A stretch of 64,000 bases of DNA, from positions 160,001 to 224,000 of the forward strand of contig CAVVMW010000001.1 in the NCBI GenBank assembly GCA_963749495.1. The letters run 5' to 3'. Source of the stretch: an uncultured bacterium. GTDB taxonomy: Bacteria; Verrucomicrobiota; Verrucomicrobiia; Limisphaerales; UBA8199. The notes below the pieces were generated by a model. The model ran no database searches. It was not told the origin of the DNA and saw nothing but the letters and a program-made list of their open reading frames with translations. This document shows positions 44,388 through 55,202 of this stretch, piece after piece; the stretch's first letter is position 1, and each line of letters opens with the position of its first letter. A program made the position numbers and the translations under genes.

Positions 44388-44833
44388 ATGAACCCAAACG
44401 GCACTATCAGCGAGATCTTGACTCACAAAGGGCGCAATGCCTGGTGCATTTCGCCCGAGGCCACGGTCTTCGAGGCAGTGCAACTGATGGCCGACAAGAA
44501 CGTCGGCGCGCTGCTGGTCACGGACAAGGCCAAGCTGGTGGGCATCATTTCGGAGCGTGATTACACGCGCAAGGTCGTGCTCAAGGGCAAGTCCTCCAGG
44601 CAAACGGCGGTGCGCGAAATTCTCTCGGGTCATGTCATCAGCGTGGGCCCGGGGCACACGGTCGAGGAGTGCATGCGGCTCATGACCGACCATCACATCC
44701 GGCACCTGCCCGTGCTGGAGGGTGACCAGGTTGTGGGGTGATCTCGATCGGCGACCTGGTCAACTGGATCATCTCCGCCCAGACGACCCGGATCAGCCAG
44801 TTGCAGACCTACATTGATGGGTATCCGTCGTGA
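44388..44833 (+). CDS. CBS-domain protein; frameshift near 44737
   Basis: NVGALLV, GIISERDY, IRHLPV, then ISIGDLVNWII in another frame. Confidence 0.9.
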
Positions 44834-44909
44834 AGGCGGGGCCAACCCCGGCATAGCTCGGCCTCCGGGCCTTTGTCGCAACCTTTGTCGCGGCCTTTGT
44901 CGAAGCACC

Positions 44910-45110
44910 AGGCCGTTGACAAAGTTGTAGCGCAGGTTTCCAAACCTGCTGTATCGCGGGTTTCCAAACCCGCAGGCCGTCCGCAAACCGGGCGCGCCCG
45001 ACATGCCGACGCCCTGCCGATTGGAAATCGGCGATACAGCAGGTTTGGAAACCTGCGCTACGCTGGCGCCGCTGGCGCACAGGCGCGCCGAGCGACTTTG
45101 TCAATGGCCC
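44910..45110. mobile_element. ~200-bp MITE-like element (copy 2), nested in a cgacaaagg REP
   Basis: ggccgttgacaaa...tttgtcaatggcc terminal IRs. Confidence 0.8.
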
Positions 45111-45226
45111 CGTGTCGAGGCATCGTCGATTAGACGACGGTTTCGACAAGGTTCGGCGCACCTTTCACTCCCGCGCGTGCGGGACAGGGGAACTCCGCAT
45201 TCCGCACTCCGCATTCCGCACTTTAT

Positions 45227-45587
45227 TCACTTCCCGCGCGTGCGGGACAGGGTCACCGAGACGTAGCGCGCCTGCGGGACGGCGAACTTCTTGACCTCCA
45301 CCGTGACCGCCTGCGGGCGGTAACGGGTCAGGATGCGCTCGGCGATGTCCCCGGCCAGTTTCTCCAGGAGTTTCCAGCCTCCGGCCCTGCCCGTAGGCGA
45401 GCAAGTCCCGCGCGACGTCATGGTAGTCGATGGTCTGCTCGATCCGGTCGCTCACGGAGGCGCTGGAGAAATCGAAATGGAGGTCCAGGCTCAGCAGCAG
45501 GCGTTGCGGCCTGGCCCGCTCCTGGTCGGGAACGCCCACGCAATAGAACACTTCCAGGTCGGCAATGCTGACCTTGGACGCGTTCAT
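45227..45587 (-). CDS. folB: Dihydroneopterin aldolase; frameshift near 45380
   Basis: GVPDQERARPQRL, DRIEQTIDY, LLEKLA..IA, VTVEVKK. Confidence 0.9.
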
Positions 45588-45617
45588 CGTTGGTTCTCTG
45601 TCCATTTGGATACCTGC

Positions 45618-46686
45618 TTAGCGGGCCTCCGCGGCGGCCAGCAACAGCTTGCGAGTCGGCTGGTTCAGCGGCAGGGCCAGGGCCTGCTCCGGGGCGAGCC
45701 AACGGAACTCGCGCGCCTCCTCGTTGAGCGTGACCGCCGGGGCGCCACAGCAGCGGCAGGCATAGTTGAGCAGCACAAAGTGCGCGTCCCGGTAAAACTC
45801 CGGCGAGTGGATACAATCCTGCACCAGGACAAACCGGATGCCGGTGATGTCGAGGGCGGTTTCCTCCTTGATCTCGCGGCGCAGGGCCTGCTCGGAGGTC
45901 TCGCCCCACTTGACCTTGCCGCCCGGGATGCCCCAGAGGTTGGACCACTTGGGCGTGCGAACCATCAGGACGCGTCCGTCCGCATCGAAGACCAGCGCCC
46001 CGACGGTGACGACGGGCAGGCGGGCCTCGGCGGAGGGGGCGCGCGCCGGGCGCAGGCACAGGCCGTTGCGCTCGAGGATCTCGCGCAGCTCGCCCAGGTG
46101 CTCGACGATGAGGTCGGGCGCCGCCGCGCGGAGTTGAGCCAGGGTGTTGTAGCCGGTCAGCACGGCGCAGGAGTGGACGCCGCCGTGCCGGGCAGTCTCA
46201 ATGTCATGCTGCATGTCGCCCACCAGCAGCGTTTCATCCGGATTGAGGCGGTTTTCCTGCAGGACCTCATGAATCTTCTGTCGTTTGTCCCGGACCCCGG
46301 TGTAGGGCCGTTCCAGGTATTGGTCGAAGCCGGTGACGGCGGTCTGGGCGGCGAAGTGGTCGGGATGAATGGTGCTGAGCAGGAAGGCGCGCAGGGAGCG
46401 GGCGCGGCAGAATTGGAGGAACTCCCGGGCGTGGGGCAGTTCGCAGACCGAGTTCCTGCACCTGGCGGAAATGGCTGTGGAACCAGGCCTCCAATTGCGG
46501 CAACGGCACGTGCGGCACGTGCCGATCATAGAACAGCGTAAAGGGCAGGCAGAACTCCGCACGGAACTCCTCCAGGCTCAACTCCGCCCGTTGCGCTTGC
46601 GCCAGAACGCAATTGGTCGCCTTCCACACGGCCGACAGGTCGTCCACCAGTGTCCCCGACCAATCGAACAGGATGTTCCGAATCAC
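45618..46686 (-). CDS. HAD phosphatase-NUDIX hydrolase fusion; frameshift near 46440
   Basis: ILFDWSGTLVD, VGDMQHDI (HAD motifs), then GGKVKWGETSEQALRREIKEETAL (Nudix box) in the same ORF as the HAD C-terminal half. Confidence 0.88.
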
Positions 46687-46801
46687 CCCAGGAGTCTAAC
46701 GCAGAAAGGCTAAAGGCTAAAGGCTAAAGGCTGAAGGAAAGGCTAAAGGCACCCGAGGCACCATCTAGGGAGTTTGGCCTTTAGCCTTCAGCCTTCAGCC
46801 T

Positions 46802-47422
46802 TTAGCCTTCTTTCTTTGCGGCCTGGATAAAGGCCCGCACCTTCCGGGGGTCTTTTCGGCCCGGGGCGGCTTCGACACCGGTGGAGACATCCACGGCGTA
46901 GGGCCGCACGCGCCGCACGGCTTCGCCAACATTCTCCGGCGTGAGGCCCCCGGCCAGGAAGATGGGGCGCCCCAGTTTCCGGGCCTCGATGGCGAGGTCC
47001 CAGTTGAAGGTCTGGCCCGAGCCGCCCGGCTTGTCCGGTGCGCAGGCGTCCAGCAGCCAGGCCTGGGTCGGGTACTCCGCCAGGCGCTGGAGTGAATCGG
47101 CGCTCTCGATGCGAAAGGCCTTCATGCTCATCAGGCCGAACTGCAGGCAATACTCGGCGGATTCGCCGCCGTGGAATTGCAGCAGGCCCAGCCCGCACTG
47201 GCTGATGGCCCGGAAAACCAGGTCCTCGGGCGCATCGACGAATACGCCCACCCGGACCAGGAAGGGCGGCAGTTCACGGAGGATGCCCGCTGCCGTCTCG
47301 ACCGAGACGTAGCGCGGGCTCGGCTCGTAAAACACAAAGCCCAAGGCATCCGCCCCCGCCTCGGCGGCCAACTGCGCGTCGGCCAGGCTCGTGATGCCGC
47401 AGATTTTGACTCTGACGGACAT
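46802..47422 (-). CDS. trpF: Phosphoribosylanthranilate isomerase
   Basis: VKICGIT, SPRYV, QFHGGE, GGSGQTFNW, LAGGLTPENV, VDVSTGVE. Confidence 0.96.
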   Translation of the reverse strand: MSVRVKICGITSLADAQLAAEAGADALGFVFYEPSPRYVSVETAAGILRELPPFLVRVGVFVDAPEDLVFRAISQCGLGLLQFHGGESAEYCLQFGLMSMKAFRIESADSLQRLAEYPTQAWLLDACAPDKPGGSGQTFNWDLAIEARKLGRPIFLAGGLTPENVGEAVRRVRPYAVDVSTGVEAAPGRKDPRKVRAFIQAAKKEG

Positions 47423-47515
47423 GCCAAAGCATTCCATGCTGCCCAGCCGGCACAACCGGAAAAACGAGCTTGATTTACCGCTTGCGCCGGGGGGAAGAAT
47501 CGCTAATGTGTCACA

Positions 47516-48358
47516 GTGACCTGGTTTACGGATCCACAAACCGCCGATCGGCATTTCTTCTTGCTGGCGGTGGCGCTTTATGGGCTGGGCATGGTTCACT
47601 CGGTGTTTTTGTGGCGGAAAGGGTTTCGGCGGGACAACCACGTGAATTACCTGGTGCTGCTGGGGGCGTTCGGGCTGCACACGATAGCGATGCTGGAGCG
47701 GGGCCTGAGGTTGCGGCATTGCCCGGTCAACAACTTGTACGAGGCGACGGCGTTCGTGATGTGGACTGTGGTGGCGGCCTACCTGGTGGTGGGGCTCTGG
47801 TCGCGGTTGCGGTTTCTGGGGGCGTTTGCCTCGCCCGGGCTTTTTGCGCTCGGGGTGTTTGCGCTCATGCCCCGGCTGGATTTGCCCCACGGGGCGCGCC
47901 CGGAATTGCCGGTGGTGTGGACCAGCGTCCACGCGGCGTTGATGGCGCTGTCCTATGGGGCGTTTGGCCTGAGCGCGGTGGCGGCGGTCATGTACCTGTC
48001 CCAGGAGCGCAACTTGAAGCAGCACAAGACAAAGGCCATTTTCGCGCTGATGCCGTCCATCCAGCGGCTGGAGGCGGTGGTGGGGCGGCTGTTGCTGGCC
48101 GGGTTCGTGGTGTTGACCGTCGGGCTGGCCGTCGGGGCTTTTGATTTGGCACACCTGAAGGACCCGCACACGTATGCGGGTGACCTGAAGGTGGTCTGGT
48201 CGGCGCTGGTCTGGGTGATTTACCTGGGCTTGCTGGTGATGCGTTGGCGTTTCGCGCAGGGCGGGCGGCGCTTCGCCCTGGGCGCCCTGGGCACATTCGT
48301 GTTTGTGCTGCTGACCTTTTGGGGGACCAACGTGTTGTCCCCGATTCACAATCCATAA
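47516..48358 (+). CDS. Cytochrome c assembly (CcsA/HemX-like) membrane protein
   Basis: Multiple TM helices; CPVNNLYE, SVHAAL, DLKVVWS..VW.IY; directly upstream of hemA. Confidence 0.85.
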   Translation: MTWFTDPQTADRHFFLLAVALYGLGMVHSVFLWRKGFRRDNHVNYLVLLGAFGLHTIAMLERGLRLRHCPVNNLYEATAFVMWTVVAAYLVVGLWSRLRFLGAFASPGLFALGVFALMPRLDLPHGARPELPVVWTSVHAALMALSYGAFGLSAVAAVMYLSQERNLKQHKTKAIFALMPSIQRLEAVVGRLLLAGFVVLTVGLAVGAFDLAHLKDPHTYAGDLKVVWSALVWVIYLGLLVMRWRFAQGGRRFALGALGTFVFVLLTFWGTNVLSPIHNP

Positions 48359-48409
48359 ACGGCTCTCAGATGGACATCCCGATTTGGACCTCTCCCGGCA
48401 CTTGCTGAC

Positions 48410-49473
48410 ATGCCCATCGTCGTCATCGGTCTAAGCCATCACTCCTCGCCGGTCACCGTGCGCGAGCGGTTTGCCTTTGCCGAGGCGCGGGTGCCGGAGG
48501 CGCTGGAGCAACTCCGCCGCTCCGGCATTGCCCAGGAGGCGGTCATCCTCTCGACGTGCAACCGGGTCGAGATCTACGCCGCCAGTTCGCTGGAGCCGCC
48601 CGGGCCTGCAGCGCGTTGCAGCAATTCCTGGCCGACTGCCACGATTGCCGGGAGCCGCTCACCGACGAGGTCTATGCCTTGGGCGAACCCCAGAGCCTCT
48701 TTCACCTCTTCCGGGTGGCCTGCGGCCTGGACTCGATGGTGCTGGGGGAGACCGAGATCCTGGGGCAACTCAAGAAGGCCTACGACCTGGCCCTGCGCAA
48801 CGGCCACACCGGCAGCCGGTTGAACAAGGCCTTTCAGCGCGCCTTCAACTGCGCCAAACACATCCGCACGGCAACCAACATCCAGCGCGGCAGCGTGTCG
48901 ATCGGCTCGGTGGCCGTCGAGTTGGCGGAGAAGATCTTCAGCAACCTGGCCGAGCGCCAGGTGATGGTGATCGGGGCCGGAGACACCAGCGAGAAGACGG
49001 CGCGGGCGCTGCTCTCGCGCGGGGCGCACAGCATCGTGGTGACCAACCGCTCCTATGACAAGGCCCTGGCCCTGGCCAAGGAATTGGGCGGACGCGCCGT
49101 GGCCTTCGATGACTGGGCAAGCCAGTTCGCGGCCATCGATATCATCATCAGCAGCACCTCCGCCCCGCATTATATCCTGGACCGCGCCCGGCTGGGGCCG
49201 CTGCTCAAGCTGCGTCCCAACCGGCCGCTGCTGCTGATCGACATCGCCGTGCCGCGCGACATCGAGCCGGACGTCAATTTCCTGGAGAACGTCTTCCTCT
49301 ACAACATTGATGACTTGCAGGCGATTGCGGACGACTACCTCAAACAGCGGCGGGAAGAGGTGGCCCGGTGCGAGAAGATCATCCGTGAAAAGGCCCAGGC
49401 GCTGCTCGGGCACCACGGCAGCCCGCAACTCCCGTCGGCGGGGCAGCCGGCCTTCGAGCGCAAGCAAGCTTAG
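48410..49473 (+). CDS. hemA: Glutamyl-tRNA reductase; frameshift near 48600
   Basis: ILSTCNRVE, GLDSMVLGETEILGQ, IGAG, DIAVPRDI. Confidence 0.95.
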
Positions 49474-49494
49474 CAATCGCGCTTTCAACCCCGG

Positions 49495-50517
49495 ATGAAC
49501 ACGGACACGTTCGTCATCGCCACCCGGGGCAGCGCCCTGGCCCTGGCCCAGGCCAACCTGGTCCTGGCCCAGTGCCGCGCCGCCTTTGCCCGGCTCACTT
49601 TCGAGCTGAAGCTGGTCAAGACCACCGGCGACAAGCTCCAGACCGCCTCGATGGCGCAGGAGGGCAAGGACCTGCCCAAGGGGCTCTTCACCAAGGAACT
49701 GGAGGTCGCCTTGCTCAAGGGCAAAGCCGACCTGGCCGTCCACAGCCTCAAGGACCTGCCGACCGAGCTGCCGGCGGGGCTGAGGCTGGGCGCGGTGAGC
49801 AAACGCGCCGACGCGCGCGACGTGCTCATCTATCGCGATGCGGAGTATTTGCGCGCCATCGAGGCCGAGCGGGGGGCGGCCGACTGGACGCCCGGCCAGG
49901 CCGCCCGCCGCGGCTTTGCGCCCAGGCTGGCCGTGACGGACCTGCCGGCCGGAGCCGTGGTGGCGACCAGCAGCACCCGGCGCAAGGCCCAGTTGCTGGC
50001 GCTGCATCCCGGCCTGAACGTCCCGGGCATCCGCGGCAACGTGGTGACCCGGTTGCAAAAGCTGGCGCAACGGGCCGAGTTGGACGCCACCGTGCTGGCC
50101 TTGGCCGGCATCAGCCGCCTCAATTTCAGCGTCAGCCCCGAAGGCCGGCTCGAAGGCGATGCCGTCCCGGACGGTCTGCTGGCCACGGTGCTCGAGACCG
50201 AGGTCATGCTGCCATGTGTCGGCCAGGGCGCCATCGGGATCGAGGTTCGCGCGGACGACGAGCGGATAGCGGCGATCTGCCAGCGGCTCAACCATTTCAA
50301 CAGCCTGCAAGCCGTGACCGCCGAGCGCGCCTTCCTGGCGGCCATGGGCGGCGGCTGCCAGAGCCCCGTGGCCGCCTACGCCGAGGTCGTGGGCACCCAG
50401 TTGCTCCTGCGCGCCCTCTCGTTCGCCTCAGGTCCCGTCCGCCGCGCCCAAGCCAAAGGCCCTCTCAAGGAACCGGTGGAGTTGGGCCAGAAAGTTGCGG
50501 CGGAGTTGAAAGGCTGA
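49495..50517 (+). CDS. hemC: Hydroxymethylbilane synthase
   Basis: ATRGSALALAQ, KGLFTKELE, AVHSLKDLP, IRGNV, GQGA, GGGCQSP. Confidence 0.96.
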   Translation: MNTDTFVIATRGSALALAQANLVLAQCRAAFARLTFELKLVKTTGDKLQTASMAQEGKDLPKGLFTKELEVALLKGKADLAVHSLKDLPTELPAGLRLGAVSKRADARDVLIYRDAEYLRAIEAERGAADWTPGQAARRGFAPRLAVTDLPAGAVVATSSTRRKAQLLALHPGLNVPGIRGNVVTRLQKLAQRAELDATVLALAGISRLNFSVSPEGRLEGDAVPDGLLATVLETEVMLPCVGQGAIGIEVRADDERIAAICQRLNHFNSLQAVTAERAFLAAMGGGCQSPVAAYAEVVGTQLLLRALSFASGPVRRAQAKGPLKEPVELGQKVAAELKG

Positions 50518-50781
50518 AGTCACCGCGTAGCGGTGTGTGAAGGTAGCCGTGGACTTCAGTCCACGGACCTATGGCCCAAGCTCACCTGCGTCGCGTAGCG
50601 ACGCCTGAAAACAGGATTCGTCCCCCGCGCGCGGGCCGTCAGGCGTCGCTACGCAACGCGAGACCATTGCCAGCCGCGAACCGTGGACCGAGGTCCACGG
50701 CTACCTTCACTGCGTCGCTCCGCGACGCACGCGCTGCGTCATTCGTCATTCGTCATTCGTCATTCGTCATTGCCCCCGCCC

Positions 50782-51600
50782 TCACCCCCGCTCCGGCACA
50801 GCGAAGATGTCGAAATGCTCCCAGCGCATCATGTCTTGCTGGCTGAGTTCCGGGCCCGCGTAGTCGTCGTCCGCATTGAACTTATGGACCCGGTAGCCCA
50901 AGCCGCGGAGGTCCCGGTAGTAGGCCTGGCGGGGTTCGGCGGGCAGGTGCTGGTAAATCTCCGATTTGATGAAGGGATGGTTGGCGGCCAGCAACTCCTT
51001 GAGCGAGGCCGCTACGCTCCGGTCAAAGCCCTCCGTGTCAATCTTGATGTAGCGGACGCGGCCCAACTCCCGAGGGAACTCCGCCTTGAGATAGTTGAGG
51101 AGGTTCCTGCCCTGGACCTGCATTGTGAAGAAATGGCCGTGGCGCCACGCACTGATGCCCTCGTGCAGGCCGCCGTTGCAGAAGCCCGAATCGGAGTATT
51201 GAAACTCGAACGTGCCGTCCTGGGGCGTGGCGGCGAACATCAATGGGAAGATGTTCGTCTTCTTCCGGTTCAGGCCGGCGTTGGCCAACAGGACTTTGAA
51301 GGTCATCGGGTTGGGCTCCAGCGCGAACACGGCGCCCTGGGGCCCGGCCGCCAGCGCCATCGGCAGGGCGGTGTCCCCGGTGTGCGCCCCGATGTTGATC
51401 GCCACGTCGCCCGCCTTGAGGAACCCGCGGAGGGCATCGACGGCCCCCTGTGAAAACTCCTTGCGCTGCTCCTTGGGATGGCGCCACCGCGCAAAGCAAA
51501 TCTCCCCCTCCCGCGCCAGGACAAACCGCTCCAGGTCGAAGGGATACTCGCGCGCCCCCGGCCTGAGACCCAGGCCGTAGAAGATCTCCTTCAGCTTCAT
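50782..51600 (-). CDS. FkbM family methyltransferase
   Basis: INIGAHTGD, ALEPN, IKIDTEGFD. Confidence 0.88.
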   Translation of the reverse strand: MKLKEIFYGLGLRPGAREYPFDLERFVLAREGEICFARWRHPKEQRKEFSQGAVDALRGFLKAGDVAINIGAHTGDTALPMALAAGPQGAVFALEPNPMTFKVLLANAGLNRKKTNIFPLMFAATPQDGTFEFQYSDSGFCNGGLHEGISAWRHGHFFTMQVQGRNLLNYLKAEFPRELGRVRYIKIDTEGFDRSVAASLKELLAANHPFIKSEIYQHLPAEPRQAYYRDLRGLGYRVHKFNADDDYAGPELSQQDMMRWEHFDIFAVPERG

Positions 51601-51688
51601 GCAGACAGGTTGCCGAAGCTGCCTGCCCCGCGCAAGGCCAACTCCGCATTTGCCCCGGCTCCGGCGCCGTCTTAGTCTGCAAACGAGC

Positions 51689-52433
51689 ATGTTGAACCGA
51701 GACTTTTTGCACGTCCCGAATTTCACGGGCTACATGGGCGTGATCTTCGAGATGATCCAGTCGGGCCGGCCGGGGCAGAAGATCCTGGACATCCCGGCCG
51801 GGCAGGGGGTGCTGGCGGCGCGGCTGCGGGAGTGCGGGCACCAGGTGCATTGCGCGGACATAGACCGCACCAGGCCGGGCTGCGTCTATGCCGACATGAA
51901 CGAGCCGCTCCCGTTCCAGGACGCCGAGTTCGATCTCTGCCTCTGCATGGAGGGGATCGAGCACGTCCTGGACCCGACCCTCCTGATCCGGGAACTGTGC
52001 CGCGTCACCCGGCCCGGCGGACGGATTATCCTCTCCTTGCCCAACATTCAAAACGCCTATTCGCGGTTTAACTTTCTGTGCGCCGGCTACTTCTTCCAGT
52101 TCAGCCCGGACATGGGCCGGCACCTGCCGGCGGGCCGGCCCATCAACCGCGGCCACATCTCGCCCCTGACCTACCTGCAGTTGCGCTACCTCTTCGAGCA
52201 TTACGGCGCCCGGCTGGTCTCGGTGCGCGGTGACCGGTGGAAAAAGAAATGGCTCATCCCTTTCCTGCTGCCCTTCTTCGCCTTGGGCTGGCTCTGGGGC
52301 CGAATCGAGCCTGCGCGGCCAGCCCAGGGAGCGCAAGGCGCAGAGCCTCGAAAAACTCCGCCAACTCCATTCCCCAAGCGTCCTCTTCGGCCGCTCGCTC
52401 ATCCTGGACTTCGTCCGCCAGCCAGAACCATGA
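51689..52433 (+). CDS. Class I SAM-dependent methyltransferase; frameshift near 52320
   Basis: ILDIPAGQG, LPFQDAEFD, EGIEHV, RPGG; C-terminus SVLFGRSLI in another frame. Confidence 0.85.
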
Positions 52434-52581
52434 CGGACCCATCCCCAGATCCGAAATCCGAAGCACAAAACCCGAAATGGCAGAAAAATGGGGGCAGAAA
52501 AATAGCGGCAAAATGGATGCTCTTCATGTTTCTGCCCCCATTTTTCTGCCATTTCCGGATTTCGTTTCGCTCTGCCGCTTC

Positions 52582-53336
52582 CTACCCCGAGGCCGCGCCC
52601 CAGGGGAGCGGGACCTTGGGGCTGTTGGCGTTGCCGCTGCCCGACACCAGGGGTGCCGGCTGGGCGTGCCTAAGGTGCGTCAGGCGTAGAGCATGAGGTA
52701 GGCAATGAAAAAGAAGACGCCGAACAGGACAGGGAAAACCAATGAAGCCCGGCGTCCGAATGGATTGGCCGCCCAGAAACCGATGCCGTGGTACACACTG
52801 GCCGGGCGCACAAGGACATCCCAACTGTTGAGCCGCAGAAAGCGGCCGAGCCAGACGCCGAAACCGCTCAGGCCGGCGACGCCGGCGGTGAACAGCCAAC
52901 TGGCCGCGCCGCCCAGCAGGCGTCTGACGATCCCCTGCATCAGGTAGAGCGAGACGAAACCGAGCACCAGGCCCGTCAGCGCGCAGGTCAGAATCAACAT
53001 CATGTCCACCCACACATGGGCCGAGAACCGCGCGGTGAGGTGGATCAAATCGGTGAAAATATACGGCGCATTGGGGAAGAACAGCAGCCACACGCCCGCC
53101 AGGGCCGCGAAACGCCAACTCCGCCCCCGCCCCCGCTCGAAGCTCCGTTGCGCCAGCAGCGCCAATACCAGCGGCAGCCACGCCAAAAACAGGTTCCAGG
53201 CCAGAAAACCGTAGCGCAGGTTGCGGGTCCAAACGATTCGCCCAAACACCAGCCCCAGGCACACCGCCGACGCAAACCCCAGCGCCAGCATCGGCATCAC
53301 CGTCTCCCGCCTCAGTGCAAATCTCAACAGCTTCAT
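52582..53336 (-). CDS. DUF1361 family membrane protein; probable frameshift near 52682
   Basis: FLAWNLFLAWLP, WLLFFPNAPYIFTDLIHL, LGRFLRLNSWD. Confidence 0.9.
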
Positions 53337-53490
53337 ACGATAGACGACATCTCTCTTAGACCCCATTCCTCGTTCGTCATTCATCATTCCTCATTCGTCA
53401 TTTACCGCGCGGCAACCCAGCGACACTCAGAATCTTGCATTCCGCACTCCGCATTCCGCACTCCGCACTCCATTCGTTCGTCATTTCCCC

Positions 53491-54879
53491 TCACATCCCC
53501 TGTCCCATCAGGCGGGCCAAGACCAGGGCCAGCTCCATGGCCTGCTCGTAATTGAGCCTGGGATCCAGTGGCGTGCGGTAATCCCGGCTCAGGTCGGACT
53601 CGGTCACGCCGCTGGCGCCGCCGAGGCATTCGGTGACGTTATCGCCGGTCAGCTCGAAATGCACGCCGCCCAAGTGGAGGCCGCACTCCTTGAGCACGCT
53701 GCAGGCGGTTTCCAACTCGGCCAGGATGTTCTCGAAGCGGCGGGTCTTGATGCCGCTGCGGGTGGTCTCGGTGTTGCCGTGCATCGGGTCGCAACACCAG
53801 AGCACCTGCCTGCCCTGGCGCCGCAACAGCTCGGCAATCGGCGGCAGGCACTTGGCCACCAGGCCGGCGCCGAACCGGACGATCAATGTCAAGCGCCCCA
53901 GCTCGTTGTGCGGATTGAGCGCCTGCGTGAGCGCCAGGACCTCCTCGGGAGAGGCGGTCGGGCCGATCTTGACGCCAATCGGGTTGGTAATGCCGCGAAA
54001 ATACTCGACGTGCGCCCCGTCCAGGGCCCGGGTGCGGTCCCCGATCCAGGGGAAATGGGTCGAGAGATTGTACCAGCCGGTGTGGCGGGGCACCTGGCGG
54101 GTCTGGGCCTGCTCGTAAAGCAGGTGCAGGCCCTCGTGGCTGCTGAAGAAATCCACGCGGTTGATGTCCGCCAGCACGCACCCGGTGAGCGTCTCCATGA
54201 AACGGAGCGAGTCGCCGATCGAGCGCACCATCCGCGTGTACTCGGCGGCGTGGGGCGAATTGGCGACGAACCCCAGGGCCCAATACTCGGGGTGGTGCAG
54301 GTCCGCAAAACCGCCCTCGATGAGGGCGCGGATGAAGTTGATGGTCAGCCCGGAGCGTTCGTAGGCCCGCAGCAGCAGAGTCGGGTCGGGCGTCCGCTCC
54401 TCCTTGGTGAAGCCCGCCGCGTTAATCATGTCCCCGCGATAGCTGGGCAGGGTCACCCCGTCGCGGGTCTCCAGCTCGACCGAACGGGGCTTGGCGTATT
54501 GGCCCGCGAAGCGCCCGATGCGGATGACCCGCTTCTTGCCGCCCTGGACCAGCACCAGGCTCATCTGGAGCAGAATCTTGAGCTTGCTCGCGATGGCCGC
54601 CGACTCGCAGTCCTCGAAGCTCTCCGAACAGTCCCCGCCCTGAAGCAGGAACCACTCGCCGCGCGCGGCCGCTGCCAGTTGTTGCTTGAGGTTCTCTATC
54701 TCCCAACTGGTTACCAGCGGCGGCAGCCTGGCCAGTTGCGCCAGCACCTGGAGCAGCGCCTCGGCATCCGGATAGACCGGCTGCTGCGCCGCCGGCCGGC
54801 TCTGCCAGGACGCGGGCGACCATTCCCGGTCCGGGCCGGCGGTTCGCGTTTTGATTTCCGTTTCGCTTGCGGTGTGCAC
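53491..54879 (-). CDS. Class II DAHP synthase
   Basis: LLQGGDCSESF, GRFAGQYAKPRS, WIGDRTR, CDPMHGNT, DPRLNYEQ. Confidence 0.95.
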   Translation of the reverse strand: MHTASETEIKTRTAGPDREWSPASWQSRPAAQQPVYPDAEALLQVLAQLARLPPLVTSWEIENLKQQLAAAARGEWFLLQGGDCSESFEDCESAAIASKLKILLQMSLVLVQGGKKRVIRIGRFAGQYAKPRSVELETRDGVTLPSYRGDMINAAGFTKEERTPDPTLLLRAYERSGLTINFIRALIEGGFADLHHPEYWALGFVANSPHAAEYTRMVRSIGDSLRFMETLTGCVLADINRVDFFSSHEGLHLLYEQAQTRQVPRHTGWYNLSTHFPWIGDRTRALDGAHVEYFRGITNPIGVKIGPTASPEEVLALTQALNPHNELGRLTLIVRFGAGLVAKCLPPIAELLRRQGRQVLWCCDPMHGNTETTRSGIKTRRFENILAELETACSVLKECGLHLGGVHFELTGDNVTECLGGASGVTESDLSRDYRTPLDPRLNYEQAMELALVLARLMGQGM

Positions 54880-55202
54880 GTCGAATCCCTGACAGATTCA
54901 GCTATCCCGGGCCGAATGTAAAGCGGGCTTTGGGACGCCTCACAGATGTTGGCATCGCGCATGGGGACCATGAACGTGAGAGCGGCCCAATGCGCCCCAC
55001 TCCAGACGCCTCGCGAAATAGGGACGCGCGGCCGAGGTCGCGAAGCGTTTTGGACTGCGGCAGTCCTCTGCCGCTTTTTGGCGTCCTGGCGGTGCGAAAG
55101 CGGCAGAGGACTGCCGCAGTCCAAAACCTTGCGGGCCTCGGCGGTTCATGCAGAGATGAAGCCACTCCCTCCAGTGATTCTGCCAACAATCATTCTGCCT
55201 GG

